From the NCBI GenBank assembly GCA_041629335.1, contig JBFKNN010000003.1, positions 1-58,307 on the forward strand: a stretch of DNA of 58,307 nucleotides, read 5' to 3'. This document shows, piece by piece, positions 26,929-37,929 of this stretch. A program made the translations under genes and the position numbers. The notes below the pieces were generated by a model. It saw only the letters and a program-made list of their open reading frames with translations, ran no database searches and was not told where the DNA came from. Source of the stretch: Burkholderiales bacterium. GTDB taxonomy: Bacteria > Pseudomonadota > Gammaproteobacteria > Burkholderiales > SG8-41. Position 1 is the stretch's first letter. Each line of letters begins with the position of its first letter.

Positions 26929-29796
26929 CTATTGGCAAGCCTCGCAGTCGGGGTCCAGGACCGAGCACACGCTCGGCTGTGCCTCGGCTCCCGCCACGCC
27001 GCCGTCGGCGGGCACCGCGTTGAGCTGCCCGGCTTTTGCAGTTGATTTCTCCGCCGAAGTTGCCCCGAGCGTGCGCAGGTAATACGTCGTTTTGAGCCCC
27101 CGCAGCCAGGCGAGCTTGTAGACCACATCCAGCTTCTTGCCCGACGCGCCCGCCATGTAGATGTTGAGCGATTGCGACTGGTCGACCCACTTCTGGCGGC
27201 GCGCCGCGCACTCGACCAGCCATTTCGAATCGATCTCGAACGCGGTAGCGTAGAGGTTGCGCACGTCCGGCGGAATGCGGTCAATCTTCGCAAGCGAGCC
27301 ATCGAAGTACTTGAGATCGGCGATCATCACCTCGTCCCAGAGGTTCAGCTTCTTCAGGTCGCGAACGAGGAACTCGTTGACCACAGTGAACTCGCCCGAA
27401 AGGTTCGATTTCACATAGAGGTTCTGATACGTCGGCTCGATGCACTGCGAGAGCCCCGTGATGTTGGCGATCGTTGCCGTGGGCGCGATGGCAAGACAGT
27501 TCGAATTACGCATCCCGACCTGCTTGATGCGACGGCCGAGCGCACCCCAGTCGAGGGTGGCCGACAGGTCGCACTCGACGTAGCCCCCGCGCTCCTCGGC
27601 GAGGAGCTTCAACGTGTCGAACGGCAGGATGCCGCGCTCCCACAGCGAGCCCTTGAACGTGGAGTACGGGCCGCGCTCCTCGGCAAGGTCAGTGGACGCC
27701 CAGAACGCGGTATAGGCAATTGCCTCCATCGAGCGGTCGGAAAACTCCACCGCCGCCTGCGAGCCGTAGGGAATGCGCAGCAGGTGCAGGCAATCCTGGA
27801 AGCCCATGATGCCGAGCCCGACCGGGCGATGCTTGAAGTTCGCGTTGCGCGCCTTGTTGACGGAATAGAAATTGAGGTCGATCACATTGTCCAGCATGCG
27901 CATGGCGGTGCCCACGGTACGCTTCAACTTCTCCATGTCCATGCGGCCGGTCGAGAGGTCGAGATGCGCCGGCATGTTGACCGAGCCCAGGTTGCACACC
28001 GCGATCTCGTCGGGGCCGGTGTTCAGCGTGATCTCGGTGCACAGGTTCGAGCTGTGCACCACGCCCACGTGCTGCTGCGGGCTGCGCAGGTTGCACGGGT
28101 CCTTGAAGGTGACCCACGGATGGCCGGTCTCGAACAGCATGGTGAGCATCTTGCGCCACAGCTGCTGCGCCGGGATCTTCTTGTAGAGCCTGAGCTCTCC
28201 GGTCGCGGCGCGACGCTCGTACTCGAGGTAGGCTTTCTCGAAGCTCTTGCCGAACTTGTCGTGCAGGTCCGGCACGTCCGAGGGCGAGAACAGCGTCCAC
28301 TCGCCGTTCTCGATGACGCGCTTCATGAACAGATCCGGCACCCAGTTGGCGGTGTTCATGTCGTGCGTGCGGCGGCGGTCATCGCCGGTGTTCTTGCGCA
28401 GCTCCAGGAATTCCTCGATGTCGAGATGCCAGGTCTCCAGATACGAGCACACTGCGCCCTTGCGCTTGCCGCCCTGGTTCACGGCTACCGCGGTTTCGTT
28501 GACGACCTTGAGGAACGGCACGACACCCTGCGACTTGCCGTTGGTGCCCTTGATGTGGGAGCCGAGCGCCCGCACCGGCGTCCAGTCGTTGCCCAGGCCG
28601 CCAGCAAACTTCTGCAGCAGCGCATTCTCCTTGATCGCCTCGTAGATGCCGTCCAGGTCGTCCGACACTGTGGTGAGATAGCAGCTTGCGAGCTGTGAGC
28701 GGCGGGTGCCCGAGTTGAACAGCGTGGGCGTCGAACTCATAAAGTCAAAACTCGACAGCACGTTGTAGAACTCGATCGCGCGCGCTTCGCGGCTGCCTTC
28801 GGGCTCGTTCAGCGCCAGCCCCATCGCCACGCGCATAAAGAAAATCTGCGGCAACTCGATGCGCCGGCCGCGGATGTGCAGGAAGTAGCGGTCGTAGAGG
28901 ATCTGCAGGCCGAGATAAGTGAACTTGAGGTCGCGGTTGGCGTCGAGCGCGGCGCCCAGGGACTTGAGATCGTACTGCCCGAGGCGCTCGTCCAGGAGTT
29001 CCGCCGCGATGCCCTGCTTGACGAACTCGGGAAGATATTCCGCATAGCGCGTCGCCATCTCCGCCTGGGTCGCTTCCTTGCCCAGGGTCTCGAGCCGCAG
29101 CGAGTGCAGCAGCAGCCGCGCCGTGACGTAGCTGTAGCCGGGGTCCTGCTCGATCAGCCCGCGCGCCGCGAGAATCAGCGACTTGCGCACCTCCTCCATC
29201 GGCACGCCGTCGTACAGGTCGCGTTCCATGGCGGCGAGCACCGGCGCGGCGTTCACCTCCCGCCCCAGACCCTCGCAGGCGCTATCGACCAGCGCGGTGA
29301 CACGCGCCAGATCGAGCGGCTTGGCTACCCCGGCCTCGGTGACATTGATGCCGGCTTTGGCAACGGGTTGAGCGGTCTGAGCCTGCTGCCGCTCCCGTGC
29401 GCGCTCCCTGGCCCGCTCCTCGCGGTAGAGCACGTAGGCGCGCGCAATGTTGTGCTCGCCCGCGCGCATCAGCGCCAGCTCGACCTGGTCCTGGATATCC
29501 TCGATATGAAAGGTGCCGCCAGAGGGCTGGTGCCGCATCAAGGCGCGTATCACATTCTCCGTCAGCGTCGCCACCTGCTCGCGCACCCGAGCGCTCGCCG
29601 CGCCCTGGCCGCCGTCCACCGCGATGAAGGCCTTGGTCATGGCAATCGAGATCTTCGCCGGCTCAAAGCCAACCACCGCGCCATTGCGGCGTATCACCTT
29701 GTACGCCGCGTAAGGCGAATCCTCGTGCGCGACGCGATCATTCAGACTGGGATTGACGGTGGACTGGGAATGCGCTGTCTCGGTGACAAGCTGCAT
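26929..29796 (-). CDS. nrdA: Ribonucleotide reductase class Ia alpha subunit with N-terminal ATP-cone region
   Basis: VIRRNG ATP cone, STPTLFNSG, QLASCY, SNLCTEI, AIAPTAT, KTTYY, C-terminal C...CEACQ. Confidence 0.97.
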   Translation of the reverse strand: MQLVTETAHSQSTVNPSLNDRVAHEDSPYAAYKVIRRNGAVVGFEPAKISIAMTKAFIAVDGGQGAASARVREQVATLTENVIRALMRHQPSGGTFHIEDIQDQVELALMRAGEHNIARAYVLYREERARERARERQQAQTAQPVAKAGINVTEAGVAKPLDLARVTALVDSACEGLGREVNAAPVLAAMERDLYDGVPMEEVRKSLILAARGLIEQDPGYSYVTARLLLHSLRLETLGKEATQAEMATRYAEYLPEFVKQGIAAELLDERLGQYDLKSLGAALDANRDLKFTYLGLQILYDRYFLHIRGRRIELPQIFFMRVAMGLALNEPEGSREARAIEFYNVLSSFDFMSSTPTLFNSGTRRSQLASCYLTTVSDDLDGIYEAIKENALLQKFAGGLGNDWTPVRALGSHIKGTNGKSQGVVPFLKVVNETAVAVNQGGKRKGAVCSYLETWHLDIEEFLELRKNTGDDRRRTHDMNTANWVPDLFMKRVIENGEWTLFSPSDVPDLHDKFGKSFEKAYLEYERRAATGELRLYKKIPAQQLWRKMLTMLFETGHPWVTFKDPCNLRSPQQHVGVVHSSNLCTEITLNTGPDEIAVCNLGSVNMPAHLDLSTGRMDMEKLKRTVGTAMRMLDNVIDLNFYSVNKARNANFKHRPVGLGIMGFQDCLHLLRIPYGSQAAVEFSDRSMEAIAYTAFWASTDLAEERGPYSTFKGSLWERGILPFDTLKLLAEERGGYVECDLSATLDWGALGRRIKQVGMRNSNCLAIAPTATIANITGLSQCIEPTYQNLYVKSNLSGEFTVVNEFLVRDLKKLNLWDEVMIADLKYFDGSLAKIDRIPPDVRNLYATAFEIDSKWLVECAARRQKWVDQSQSLNIYMAGASGKKLDVVYKLAWLRGLKTTYYLRTLGATSAEKSTAKAGQLNAVPADGGVAGAEAQPSVCSVLDPDCEACQ

Positions 29797-29861
29797 GTGT
29801 TGACTCCTTGATCGTTATAGGTTTTTGTAAATATCGAGGGCACTACCCCCTCAAACCTTAA

Positions 29862-29908
29862 CCACTATATATAGTGGTCCATAGCTACTTTTGAACAAAT
29901 TCTAGTAG
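29862..29908. promoter_or_regulatory. Tandem NrdR boxes upstream of nrdA
   Basis: Perfect palindrome CCACTATATATAGTGG (29862-29877) and a second box GAACAAATTCTAGTAG (29893-29908), starts 31 bp apart. Confidence 0.88.
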
Positions 29909-30049
29909 CGTGATTCCGAGAACGCAATAGCTTTCCCGGATTTTTTGAGAATTGCGGCGATCGCCGCCGGAAATGCAGATAGTCAATTGATTGGACTGAT
30001 GAATATCGCGCAAATCGGCTGGCGCCGGGTTCCAGCCGGGCACCGGCCC

Positions 30050-30613
30050 TCAGGCCAGGCGACTGAGGTTGCGGTAATGTGCCCAGTCGAAAAGCGGGCC
30101 CGGATCGGTTTTGCGGCCGGGAGCCACATCCGCATGGCCGACGATCTCCGCGATGGGATAGCGCTCGCGGAGCGCGCGCGTGAGCCCCGCGAGCTGCTCA
30201 TACTGCGGGTCCTCGAACAGGCAGTCGTCCGCCCCTTCGAGCTCCACGCCGATGGAGAAATCGTTGCAGCGGCTGCGACCGCGCCACGTCGATGCGCCAG
30301 CGTGCCAGGCGCGCTTGGCGCACGGCACGAATTGCACGAGCTCCCCGTCGCGGCGGATCAGGAAATGCGCCGAGACCTTGAGCCCCGCGATCGTCGCGTA
30401 ATACGGGTGTGCCGTCTGATCGAGGCAGTTGGTAAACAGCTGGATCACGCCGGCGCCACCAAACTCGCCCGGCGGCAGGCTGATCGCGTGGATGACCAGG
30501 AGCTCGATCGCGGTGGCCGCCGGCCGCTCGTCCCAGTTGGGCGACGCGACATAGCGCACCCCGTCGATCAGTCCGTCATCGGTGACGGTAAGCACCCGCC
30601 CGGATTGGTTCAT
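30050..30613 (-). CDS. ampD: 1,6-anhydro-N-acetylmuramyl-L-alanine amidase
   Basis: SPNWDERP, IHAISLPPGEFG, VSAHFLIRRDG, RAWHAG, SIGVELEG, GHADVAPGRKTDPG. Confidence 0.95.
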   Translation of the reverse strand: MNQSGRVLTVTDDGLIDGVRYVASPNWDERPAATAIELLVIHAISLPPGEFGGAGVIQLFTNCLDQTAHPYYATIAGLKVSAHFLIRRDGELVQFVPCAKRAWHAGASTWRGRSRCNDFSIGVELEGADDCLFEDPQYEQLAGLTRALRERYPIAEIVGHADVAPGRKTDPGPLFDWAHYRNLSRLA

Positions 30614-30680
30614 CCTGGCCCGTCCCCCGTCCCCCGGAACCGTTCATTCCTGTTCCCGTCGACCCCACGATTCACGGGCA

Positions 30681-32060
30681 TCAGCCCTTGGCGTCCAATT
30701 CGTCCTTGATCCCGAGCCGCTCCATGCGGTAACGCAGGGCGCGGAAACTGATGCCGAGAAGCTTCGCCGCCGCGGTACGGTTGTAATGCGTGCGCTCCAA
30801 TGCCTCGAGGATGGCCTTTTTCTCGACCAGATCGAGCCGCTCCTGCAGCGGCAGTCCGTCCACGTTGACGGATTCGCCCTCCTCCGCCGGCTGCGGCTGC
30901 GCCGGCGCGGGCGCCAGCTGCAGGTCCTCGCGCCGGATCTTCCCGCCACTGGTGAGCGCCAGCGCGCGCTCGATGATATTTTCCAGCTCGCGGACGTTGC
31001 CGGGAAAGTCATAAGCCTGCAGCGCCTGCAGCGCATCCGCCGACAGGCCGGGCGCTTCGGCGCCCATCTGCCGCTTGAGAATCGCCGCCACGAGCAGGGG
31101 AATGTCATCACGCATCTGCCGCAGGTTCGGCATGGTGAGCTCGATCACGTTCAGCCGATAATAAAGGTCCTGGCGAAAGCTCCCGCTCTTGACTTCGCCG
31201 GCAAGATTGCGGTGGGTCGCGCTGATGATGCGCACGTCGACGGGATCCTCTGCGGTGGAGCCGACCTTGCGCACTTTTTTCTCCTGGATCGCGCGCAAGA
31301 GCTTCACCTGCATCTGCAGGGGCAGGTCGGCCACTTCGTCGAGGAACAGCGTGCCGCCGCTCGCCGCCTGGAAGAACCCGTCTCGGTCCGCCGCTGCACC
31401 GGTAAACGCACCCTTCTTGTAGCCGAAGAACTCGGATTCCATCAGGTTTTCGGGAATGGCGCCGCAGTTGACCGCCACGAACGGTCCTTCCCGGCGCGAA
31501 CCCTTCAGGTGGATGAGCCGAGCGGCCAGCTCCTTGCCGCTGCCGGACTCGCCCGTGACGTGAATCGGCGCCTGGCTGCGCGCGAGCCGGTCGATCAGCT
31601 GGCGCGTCGCCTGCATCAGCGCCGAGTTACCGATCAGCAGCTGCGAATCGGACGCCGCTTCCGCGCTGTCGGCAGCGGACCGCCCCTTCGCCGGCGGCAG
31701 TTTAAGCGCCGAGCGCACCAGCGTGCGCAGCTGGTCCAGCGATACGGGCTTCGCGAGGTAGTCGAAAGCACCCGCCTTGAGCGCCGCCACCGCATTCTCC
31801 GCGCTGCCGTGCGCCGTGATCACCGCGACCGGAATACCGGGATGATTCTTCGCCACGTAGTCGAGCACTTCGAGCCCGTCACCGTCGCGCAGCCGCATGT
31901 CCGTCAGGCACAGATCGTAGGTGTTACGGGAAAGCAGCGCATAGGCCTCGATGGTGCTGGCCGCACAGTGCGTTTCAAGCCCCATGCGGGTGAGCGTCAT
32001 GCCCAGCAGCTCCCGGATATCGGCCTCGTCGTCGACCACGAGAATTTGCGGCGTTGACAT
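30681..32060 (-). CDS. pilR: Sigma54-dependent response regulator (PilR-like)
   Basis: Receiver VVDDE/LTDMRL, GESGSGKE, GAFTGA, HTH 'NRTAAAKLLGISFRALRYR'; TGATG coupling to the kinase. Confidence 0.88.
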   Translation of the reverse strand: MSTPQILVVDDEADIRELLGMTLTRMGLETHCAASTIEAYALLSRNTYDLCLTDMRLRDGDGLEVLDYVAKNHPGIPVAVITAHGSAENAVAALKAGAFDYLAKPVSLDQLRTLVRSALKLPPAKGRSAADSAEAASDSQLLIGNSALMQATRQLIDRLARSQAPIHVTGESGSGKELAARLIHLKGSRREGPFVAVNCGAIPENLMESEFFGYKKGAFTGAAADRDGFFQAASGGTLFLDEVADLPLQMQVKLLRAIQEKKVRKVGSTAEDPVDVRIISATHRNLAGEVKSGSFRQDLYYRLNVIELTMPNLRQMRDDIPLLVAAILKRQMGAEAPGLSADALQALQAYDFPGNVRELENIIERALALTSGGKIRREDLQLAPAPAQPQPAEEGESVNVDGLPLQERLDLVEKKAILEALERTHYNRTAAAKLLGISFRALRYRMERLGIKDELDAKG

Positions 32061-33676
32061 CAACCCCCCCTGCAGAGGATGGTGAACTGCGCTCCTGACG
32101 GCGTTGCCACATAATCGAGTGTCGCGCCGTTGGCTTCGCACATTTCACGCGCGATATAGAGGCCCAGCCCGGTACCGCCGGGCGCGTCGGTGAAGAACGG
32201 CTCGAACAACTTGGCGCGCGCCTCGAGCGGCACCCCCGGCCCGTCGTCCACCACATCCAATTTTACCGCATCGGTGCGGGCGTCCTGCCCGACGCGGATG
32301 CGGATGCTCCCCTGGGCGTTACGGCAGTGTCGCAGCGCGTTGCGACACAGGTTCCACATCACCTGGTCGAGGTGCGTGCGGTCAAATTCGACCTCGGGAT
32401 CGGCGGCAAGCTCGATGGCAAAGACCTCGGGGCGAATCTTCTCGATCTGGCAGAACTGCTCCAGAAAATTCTGCAGGAACGCGACCAGCTTGATTGCCTC
32501 GAGGTTCACGCGGTCCGAGCGGTTCAGCCGCAGCACATCGTTCACCATGCGGTCGAGACGCCGCGAATTATCCAAGATGATCGTGAGCAACCGGCCCGCC
32601 GTTTCGTTCGCCGCCGGCTCCTCCTGGAGCAGCTGGGTTGCGTGGCTGATCGCCCCCAGCGGGTTGCGGATCTCGTGCGCGATGTTCGCCGTCAGGCGGC
32701 CGAGCGCGGCGAGCTTCATTTGCCTCGCCTGCGCCTGCACCCGCGACAAGTCCTCGAGAAAGATCACCGCGCCCAGCACGCGGCTCGCGCCGATCGGCAC
32801 GAAGCGGGCGCTCACTGTGCCGCCGAAGAGCGAATCGCCCGCCGCGCCGGTGTCCTCGCCACCACGGCGCCAGCCGTCGAAGCGCACGGCAAGTGCCGGA
32901 TTGTACTCGCCCAACCGTACGTCCCGCCGCCCGGGCAACGCGCCCAGCATGCGCTCGGCGCGCGCATTGATCTGGCGGATCGCCCCGCCCGAGTCCACCA
33001 CCAGCACCCCGTCCTGCATGTCCTGGATCACGAGCTGGTTCACCTGCGCCATGTTGGCGAGGTCGACCTCGCGCTGCGCGGCTAGCTGCTCGCTCGCCAC
33101 GGTGTACTTCGCGAGTGCATGGGCGGTCCAGGCGGTCGCAAAGTAGCCGATTGACAGCAGCCCGGCCTGCACGAACTGCGCTTCGCTCGCCTCGAAGTAG
33201 AGCACGTCATACGTGTGCTCGAGCAGCACGCCGATGCTGGCCAGCGCGGCATGGAACAGGGTGAGGCGCCCGCGGCTGATCAACCCTGCGCCAGCGAGAA
33301 CGGCGAGCAGCAACAGGCCGAGCCCGCTGGAGATGCCATTGCTCGCGTAGATCAGAGTCACGATGAACGCCACGTCGGCGGCGACCTGCAGCGTGAGCTG
33401 CAGGTTGAACCGCCACCGGATCTTCGTCAGCACGAAGCAGCCGATGCTGAACAGCACGTAACCGCCGGCCGCCACCACGAACACGACGAGGTCGCGCGAC
33501 CCGAACGCGAGCGAGTTGCCCCAGATCGCAACGATGCCGAGCAGCACCACCGATACGATCAACCGGTAGACGTTGAAGAAGAACAGCGAGCGCCAGTAGG
33601 AAGCCGGATACTCGGCATCAGGCGGCGCCGAGTCGGCCGCCCATCGTAACGCGGTGTTCGGAGGCGCGAGGGCCAT
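32060..33676 (-). CDS. pilS: Two-component sensor histidine kinase (PilS-like)
   Basis: 'FNVYRL', ~6 TM segments, 'LAALGRLTANIAHEIRNPL', DDGPG, FEPFFT, GTGLGL; start uncertain. Confidence 0.85.
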   Translation of the reverse strand: MALAPPNTALRWAADSAPPDAEYPASYWRSLFFFNVYRLIVSVVLLGIVAIWGNSLAFGSRDLVVFVVAAGGYVLFSIGCFVLTKIRWRFNLQLTLQVAADVAFIVTLIYASNGISSGLGLLLLAVLAGAGLISRGRLTLFHAALASIGVLLEHTYDVLYFEASEAQFVQAGLLSIGYFATAWTAHALAKYTVASEQLAAQREVDLANMAQVNQLVIQDMQDGVLVVDSGGAIRQINARAERMLGALPGRRDVRLGEYNPALAVRFDGWRRGGEDTGAAGDSLFGGTVSARFVPIGASRVLGAVIFLEDLSRVQAQARQMKLAALGRLTANIAHEIRNPLGAISHATQLLQEEPAANETAGRLLTIILDNSRRLDRMVNDVLRLNRSDRVNLEAIKLVAFLQNFLEQFCQIEKIRPEVFAIELAADPEVEFDRTHLDQVMWNLCRNALRHCRNAQGSIRIRVGQDARTDAVKLDVVDDGPGVPLEARAKLFEPFFTDAPGGTGLGLYIAREMCEANGATLDYVATPSGAQFTILCRGG

Positions 33677-33692
33677 GATCGACGGTGGCGGC

Positions 33693-33926
33693 CTATCCGC
33701 CGGCCTGCCGGTGCTGCCGCTCGTGCTCGGCACAGCAGAAGACATCGCTGCCTGCCACGATGCTTTCGCTTCGCGGCAGATGCAGGCCGCACCGGACGCA
33801 GCGCACCATGTCCTCGCCGGAACCGTCCTGCCGCCGCTCCTCGCGGCCCGAAAGGCCTGTGCGGTAGCGCTTCAGCAGCCAGTAGGCAACCAGCACGCCC
33901 AGGACAATGACCAGGATTTTCGCCAC
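33693..33926 (-). CDS. PP0621 family small membrane protein
   Basis: N-terminal TM then 'EDMVRCVRCGLHLPRSES...FCCAEH'; upstream of pilS. Confidence 0.8.
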   Translation of the reverse strand: MAKILVIVLGVLVAYWLLKRYRTGLSGREERRQDGSGEDMVRCVRCGLHLPRSESIVAGSDVFCCAEHERQHRQAGG

Positions 33927-34027
33927 GCTATCGCGACCGGTTCCGAGTTGGTCTGGCTGGGAAAATACCGCAAATCGGGGCCGCGCGCGACCGGCGCGTG
34001 GCAATCCTCCGCTGCGGCGCCCCGCCG

Positions 34028-34576
34028 CTAGCGCGGCCCGGTGCGCGGCTGCGCATCTTCCGGGTCGATCTCCAGCGCTTCGAGGAAGCGCGAGACGAGG
34101 TTATAGCCCCCGACGGTCGCCGTGAGCTCGACAATCTGCCGCGCATCGAAGTGGGCGCGCAAGGCATCGAATACAGGAGCCGGCACGTGGATCTCGCGCG
34201 TCATGGCATCGGCATAGGCAAGCAGCGAGCGCTGCGCGGGACTGAACAGGTCCGAGCTCTGCCAGTCGCCAAGGGCGGCAAGCTGAGCCTCGGTCACGCC
34301 CTCCTTCAGCGCGAACGGTACATGCACCTGATACTCGTACTGCGCGCCATTGACCACCGCCACGCGGAGGATCGCGAGCTCACGCTGCGCCGCGGGCAGC
34401 GCGGTTTGCTGGCGTATCGCGGTAAAGAGCTTGAGCCAGCCCGCTGCGACCGGCGGGCTCACGAGCAGCATCCGGTACAGATTGAGCATGCGCCCGCCGC
34501 GCTCAGCACGTATGGTCTCGGCAAGCTGCCGGATTTCCGGGCTGCTTGTCTCGTCGGCATAGGGCACTCGTGCCAT
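34028..34576 (-). CDS. Carboxymuconolactone decarboxylase/AhpD-like protein
   Basis: 'LNLYRMLL.SP', 'RELAILRVA..N...YEY..H', 'IVELTATVGGYNLVSRFL'; GAGGAG RBS. Confidence 0.85.
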   Translation of the reverse strand: MARVPYADETSSPEIRQLAETIRAERGGRMLNLYRMLLVSPPVAAGWLKLFTAIRQQTALPAAQRELAILRVAVVNGAQYEYQVHVPFALKEGVTEAQLAALGDWQSSDLFSPAQRSLLAYADAMTREIHVPAPVFDALRAHFDARQIVELTATVGGYNLVSRFLEALEIDPEDAQPRTGPR

Positions 34577-34643
34577 ACTGCGCTCCTCAGGGATGGGTCG
34601 ACAGCGCCAGCGCCGGATCCGGCGTGGCGCGGATTGAAAGGAT

Positions 34644-34720
<77 letters not shown>

Positions 34721-34821
34721 ATGTTTCGCCCGAACCGCCCGTCGCCGGCGGCAAAAAAATCGCGCGGGCCCGCCGCGCAAATTGCATTCCCTGCCGTCCG
34801 GCACCCGTTACCGGGCGGCCG

Positions 34822-35790
34822 CTAATACGTTCGCGTTACCGCGAAATCGCCCAATTGTAACAAATATTCCCGGCACTTTGAATTTGGCAGCACGTCGAGC
34901 GCGCGGCATGCGGTCTGCGACTCGCGCTGCGCCTGTTCCCGGGCATAATCCAGCGCGCCGGTCTGCCGGATCGCATCCATCACGCTGTTGAGCTCGGTGA
35001 GCCCGCCATGCCGGATCGCACCTCGGATCACGTCCGCTTGCGTCGGGCTGCCGTGCTTGATCGCGTAGATCAGGGGCAGGGTCGCCTTGCCCTCGGCAAG
35101 GTCGTCGCCAACATTCTTGCCGATGTTCTCGCGGTCGCCCGAATAGTCGAGCACGTCGTCGATCAGCTGGAACGCCGTGCCGAGGTGCATGCCGTATGCC
35201 GCGAGCGCGTTCTCCGCGGCAGGCTGCGCATCCCCGAGGATCGCACCGAGCCGTGTCGCCGCCTCGAACAGCTTCGCGGTCTTGTAGCGGATCACCTGCA
35301 GGTAGCCGTCCTCGTCGATCTCCGGATTGCCGCAGTTCATCAACTGCAGGACTTCGCCTTCGGCAATCACGTTGGTCGCGTCAGCCAGCACCCGCAGCAC
35401 CCGCATGTTGTTCACGCCCACCATCATCTGAAACGCCCGTGAATAAACGAAGTCACCCACCAGCACCGCGGCGGCATTGCCGAACAGGGAATTCGCGGTC
35501 GGACGCCCGCGCCGCAGCGCCGATTCATCGACCACGTCGTCGTGCAGCAGGGTTGCCGTGTGGATGAACTCGACCACCGCCGCGAGATCGTGATGATGAT
35601 AGCCCCGGTAGCCGAACGCGCCGGCCGAAAGGACCACCAGCGCGGGGCGCAGACGCTTGCCGCCGCTGCCGACGATGTATTCGGCGACCTGCCGGATCAG
35701 CACCACGTCGGAGGTCAACCGGCGGCGAATGACTTCGTCCACCGCCTTCATGTCGGCGGCAATGAACTCGCGGATGGCGTCGATTGACAT
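34822..35790 (-). CDS. ispB: Octaprenyl diphosphate synthase
   Basis: GGKRLRP, LLHDDVVD..LRRG, FQLIDDVLDY, GDDLAEGKATLP. Confidence 0.94.
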   Translation of the reverse strand: MSIDAIREFIAADMKAVDEVIRRRLTSDVVLIRQVAEYIVGSGGKRLRPALVVLSAGAFGYRGYHHHDLAAVVEFIHTATLLHDDVVDESALRRGRPTANSLFGNAAAVLVGDFVYSRAFQMMVGVNNMRVLRVLADATNVIAEGEVLQLMNCGNPEIDEDGYLQVIRYKTAKLFEAATRLGAILGDAQPAAENALAAYGMHLGTAFQLIDDVLDYSGDRENIGKNVGDDLAEGKATLPLIYAIKHGSPTQADVIRGAIRHGGLTELNSVMDAIRQTGALDYAREQAQRESQTACRALDVLPNSKCREYLLQLGDFAVTRTY

Positions 35791-35936
35791 CGGAGGCAGG
35801 AAAAAGCGCTGATGATACCAGTACTTGGCCGGATGTCCGGGGCGCGCGGGCGCGGTCAGGCGTCGGCTCGCGAGCGCGGCTTGTGCGGGGTGCCCGACAC
35901 GGCCGCAGGAGCGATCGCCGCCGCTCGACCAGAATT

Positions 35937-35966
35937 TTGACTAGGGGGAGCGTTTCTTTGTAAAAT
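35937..35966 (+). promoter_or_regulatory. Candidate sigma70 promoter of rplU-rpmA
   Basis: TTGACT-N18-TAAAAT. Confidence 0.55.
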
Positions 35967-36003
35967 CCCCGGTTTTCCATCGAGTTACCAATCGGGGTCG
36001 TCC

Positions 36004-36315
36004 ATGTATGCGGTCATAAAAACCGGCGGCAAGCAGTACCGGGTCAGCGCCGGCGAAAAACTTAAGATAGAACAGATACCTGCAGACATCGGGTCGGAGA
36101 TTGTCTTGGACCAGGTGTTGATGGTTGGAGACGGCGAGGCCGTCAAGCTGGGAGCGCCGCTCGTGCCTGGCGCAGCGGTCAAGGCGAAGGTGCTCGGTCA
36201 CGGGCGCGGCGAGAAGGTACGCATCTTCAAGCTGCGCCGGCGCAAGCATTACCGCAAGTCGCAGGGGCATCGCCAGAACTACACCGAGATCGAAATCCTC
36301 GGCATTGCGGAATAA
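36004..36315 (+). CDS. rplU: 50S ribosomal protein L21
   Basis: [14 protein letters not shown]...[14 protein letters not shown]. Confidence 0.98.
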   Translation: MYAVIKTGGKQYRVSAGEKLKIEQIPADIGSEIVLDQVLMVGDGEAVKLGAPLVPGAAVKAKVLGHGRGEKVRIFKLRRRKHYRKSQGHRQNYTEIEILGIAE

Positions 36316-36326
36316 GGAGCGTAATC

Positions 36327-36584
36327 ATGGCACACAAGAAAGCAGGCGGCAGCTCGCGCAATGGCCGCGATTCGCAGGCAAAACGCCTTGGCGTGAAGTG
36401 TTATGGCGGAGAAGTGGTGCCGGCGGGCAGCATCATCGTGCGCCAGCGCGGCACCCAGGTTCATCCCGGCGTGAACGTCGGCATCGGCAAGGATCACACG
36501 CTGTTCGCGAAGGTCACGGGCAAAGTGGAGTTTTCGCAGAAGGGCCCGCAGAGCCACCGCACCGTCAGCATCGTTCCGGCCTGA
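36327..36584 (+). CDS. rpmA: 50S ribosomal protein L27
   Basis: [22 protein letters not shown]. Confidence 0.98.
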   Translation: MAHKKAGGSSRNGRDSQAKRLGVKCYGGEVVPAGSIIVRQRGTQVHPGVNVGIGKDHTLFAKVTGKVEFSQKGPQSHRTVSIVPA

Positions 36585-36604
36585 GGCCCGCCGTCGTGTC
36601 ACCG

Positions 36605-36634
36605 AAGGCCCTGCCGATCCGGCAGGGCCTTTTT
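36605..36634 (+). terminator. Rho-independent terminator after rpmA
   Basis: AAGGCCCTGCCG-ATC-CGGCAGGGCC-TTTTT. Confidence 0.85.
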
Positions 36635-36769
36635 AGTTCGTGCGCGAGCAATCGCATGCATGAGCGAGGATCGGGACAAGGTGTGCCGCGGTAACCAGCG
36701 CAGCCTGGCAGTGCGCCGACGCCGCAGCCCGTTCACTCGTTCCCCGCTTCACCTGTTCACGGAACGGCC

Positions 36770-37858
36770 ATGAAGTTCATCGACGAAGCCACCATCGAAG
36801 TGATCGCCGGCAAGGGCGGGGACGGGATCGCAAGCTTCCGGCGCGAGAAGTACGTGCCGCGCGGCGGGCCGGATGGCGGCGACGGAGGCCGCGGCGGCAG
36901 CATCCACGCGGTGGCCGACCGCAATATCAATACGCTGATCGACTATCGCTATGCCCGCATCCACCGCGCCAAGAACGGCGAGAAGGGGCAGGGCTCTGAC
37001 TGCTACGGGCGCGCCGCCCCGGACATCTGCCTGCGCATGCCGGTCGGCACCGTCATCACCGATGCCGAGACAGGTGAGTTGATCGCCGACCTCGACCACG
37101 ATCAGCAGCAGGCAATCCTCGCCAAGGGCGGCGCCGGCGGCCTGGGCAACTTGCACTTCAAGTCGAGTGTCAATCGCGCGCCGCGCCAGTTTACGCGCGG
37201 TGGCGAGGGCGAAGCGCGCAAATTGAAGCTCGAGCTGAAGGTACTGGCCGACGTCGGTCTGCTCGGCATGCCCAACGCCGGCAAGTCCACTTTCATTCGC
37301 GCGGTCTCCGCCGCACGGCCCAAAGTCGCCGACTACCCATTCACCACGCTCCATCCCAACCTCGGCGTCGTGCGAACCGACGTCAATCGGAGCTTCGTCG
37401 TGGCCGACATCCCGGGCCTCATCGAAGGCGCCGCAGAAGGCTCGGGCCTCGGGCACCAGTTCCTGCGCCACCTGCAGCGCACCCGCCTGTTGCTCCACAT
37501 CGTCGATATGGCACCGCTCGACGCCAACGTTGATCCGGTGAAAGAGGCGCGCGCCATCGTGAAGGAGCTGCGCAAGTACGACGAGGCGCTCTATCGCAAG
37601 CCGCGGTGGCTGGTGTTGAACAAGGTCGACCTGCTGCCCGGGGACGAGCGCGCCACGGTGATCAGACGGTTCATCCGGAATTTCCGCTGGAAGAGGGAAA
37701 GCTTTATCATTTCGGCACTCACCGGGGAGGGCTGCCGGGAACTCTGCTACGCAATCATGGAACAACTGGATCAGGCGAAAAGAATAAGGCAGGCCGGGGG
37801 CGGTACCGCCGGAAAATCCGCTCCCGGAGCGCGCAAGAAAAGGAAGGCCGCGCAATGA
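36770..37858 (+). CDS. obgE: GTPase ObgE/CgtA
   Basis: Gly-rich Obg fold '[12 protein letters not shown]', [22 protein letters not shown]. Confidence 0.97.
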   Translation: MKFIDEATIEVIAGKGGDGIASFRREKYVPRGGPDGGDGGRGGSIHAVADRNINTLIDYRYARIHRAKNGEKGQGSDCYGRAAPDICLRMPVGTVITDAETGELIADLDHDQQQAILAKGGAGGLGNLHFKSSVNRAPRQFTRGGEGEARKLKLELKVLADVGLLGMPNAGKSTFIRAVSAARPKVADYPFTTLHPNLGVVRTDVNRSFVVADIPGLIEGAAEGSGLGHQFLRHLQRTRLLLHIVDMAPLDANVDPVKEARAIVKELRKYDEALYRKPRWLVLNKVDLLPGDERATVIRRFIRNFRWKRESFIISALTGEGCRELCYAIMEQLDQAKRIRQAGGGTAGKSAPGARKKRKAAQ

Positions 37859-37929
37859 GCGGCGACGCAGGCGGGCGCAATCGCGCGGCTGCGTTCCCGC
37901 GGGAAGCAGCTCGTGCAGAGGATTCCTGA

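Noticed and set aside
32064-32070. G7 tract at the pilS/pilR junction as a phase-variation switch
   Set aside because: Seven bases is short for a GC-rich genome, and the tract is explained as Arg-Gly-Gly codons doubling as the pilR SD.
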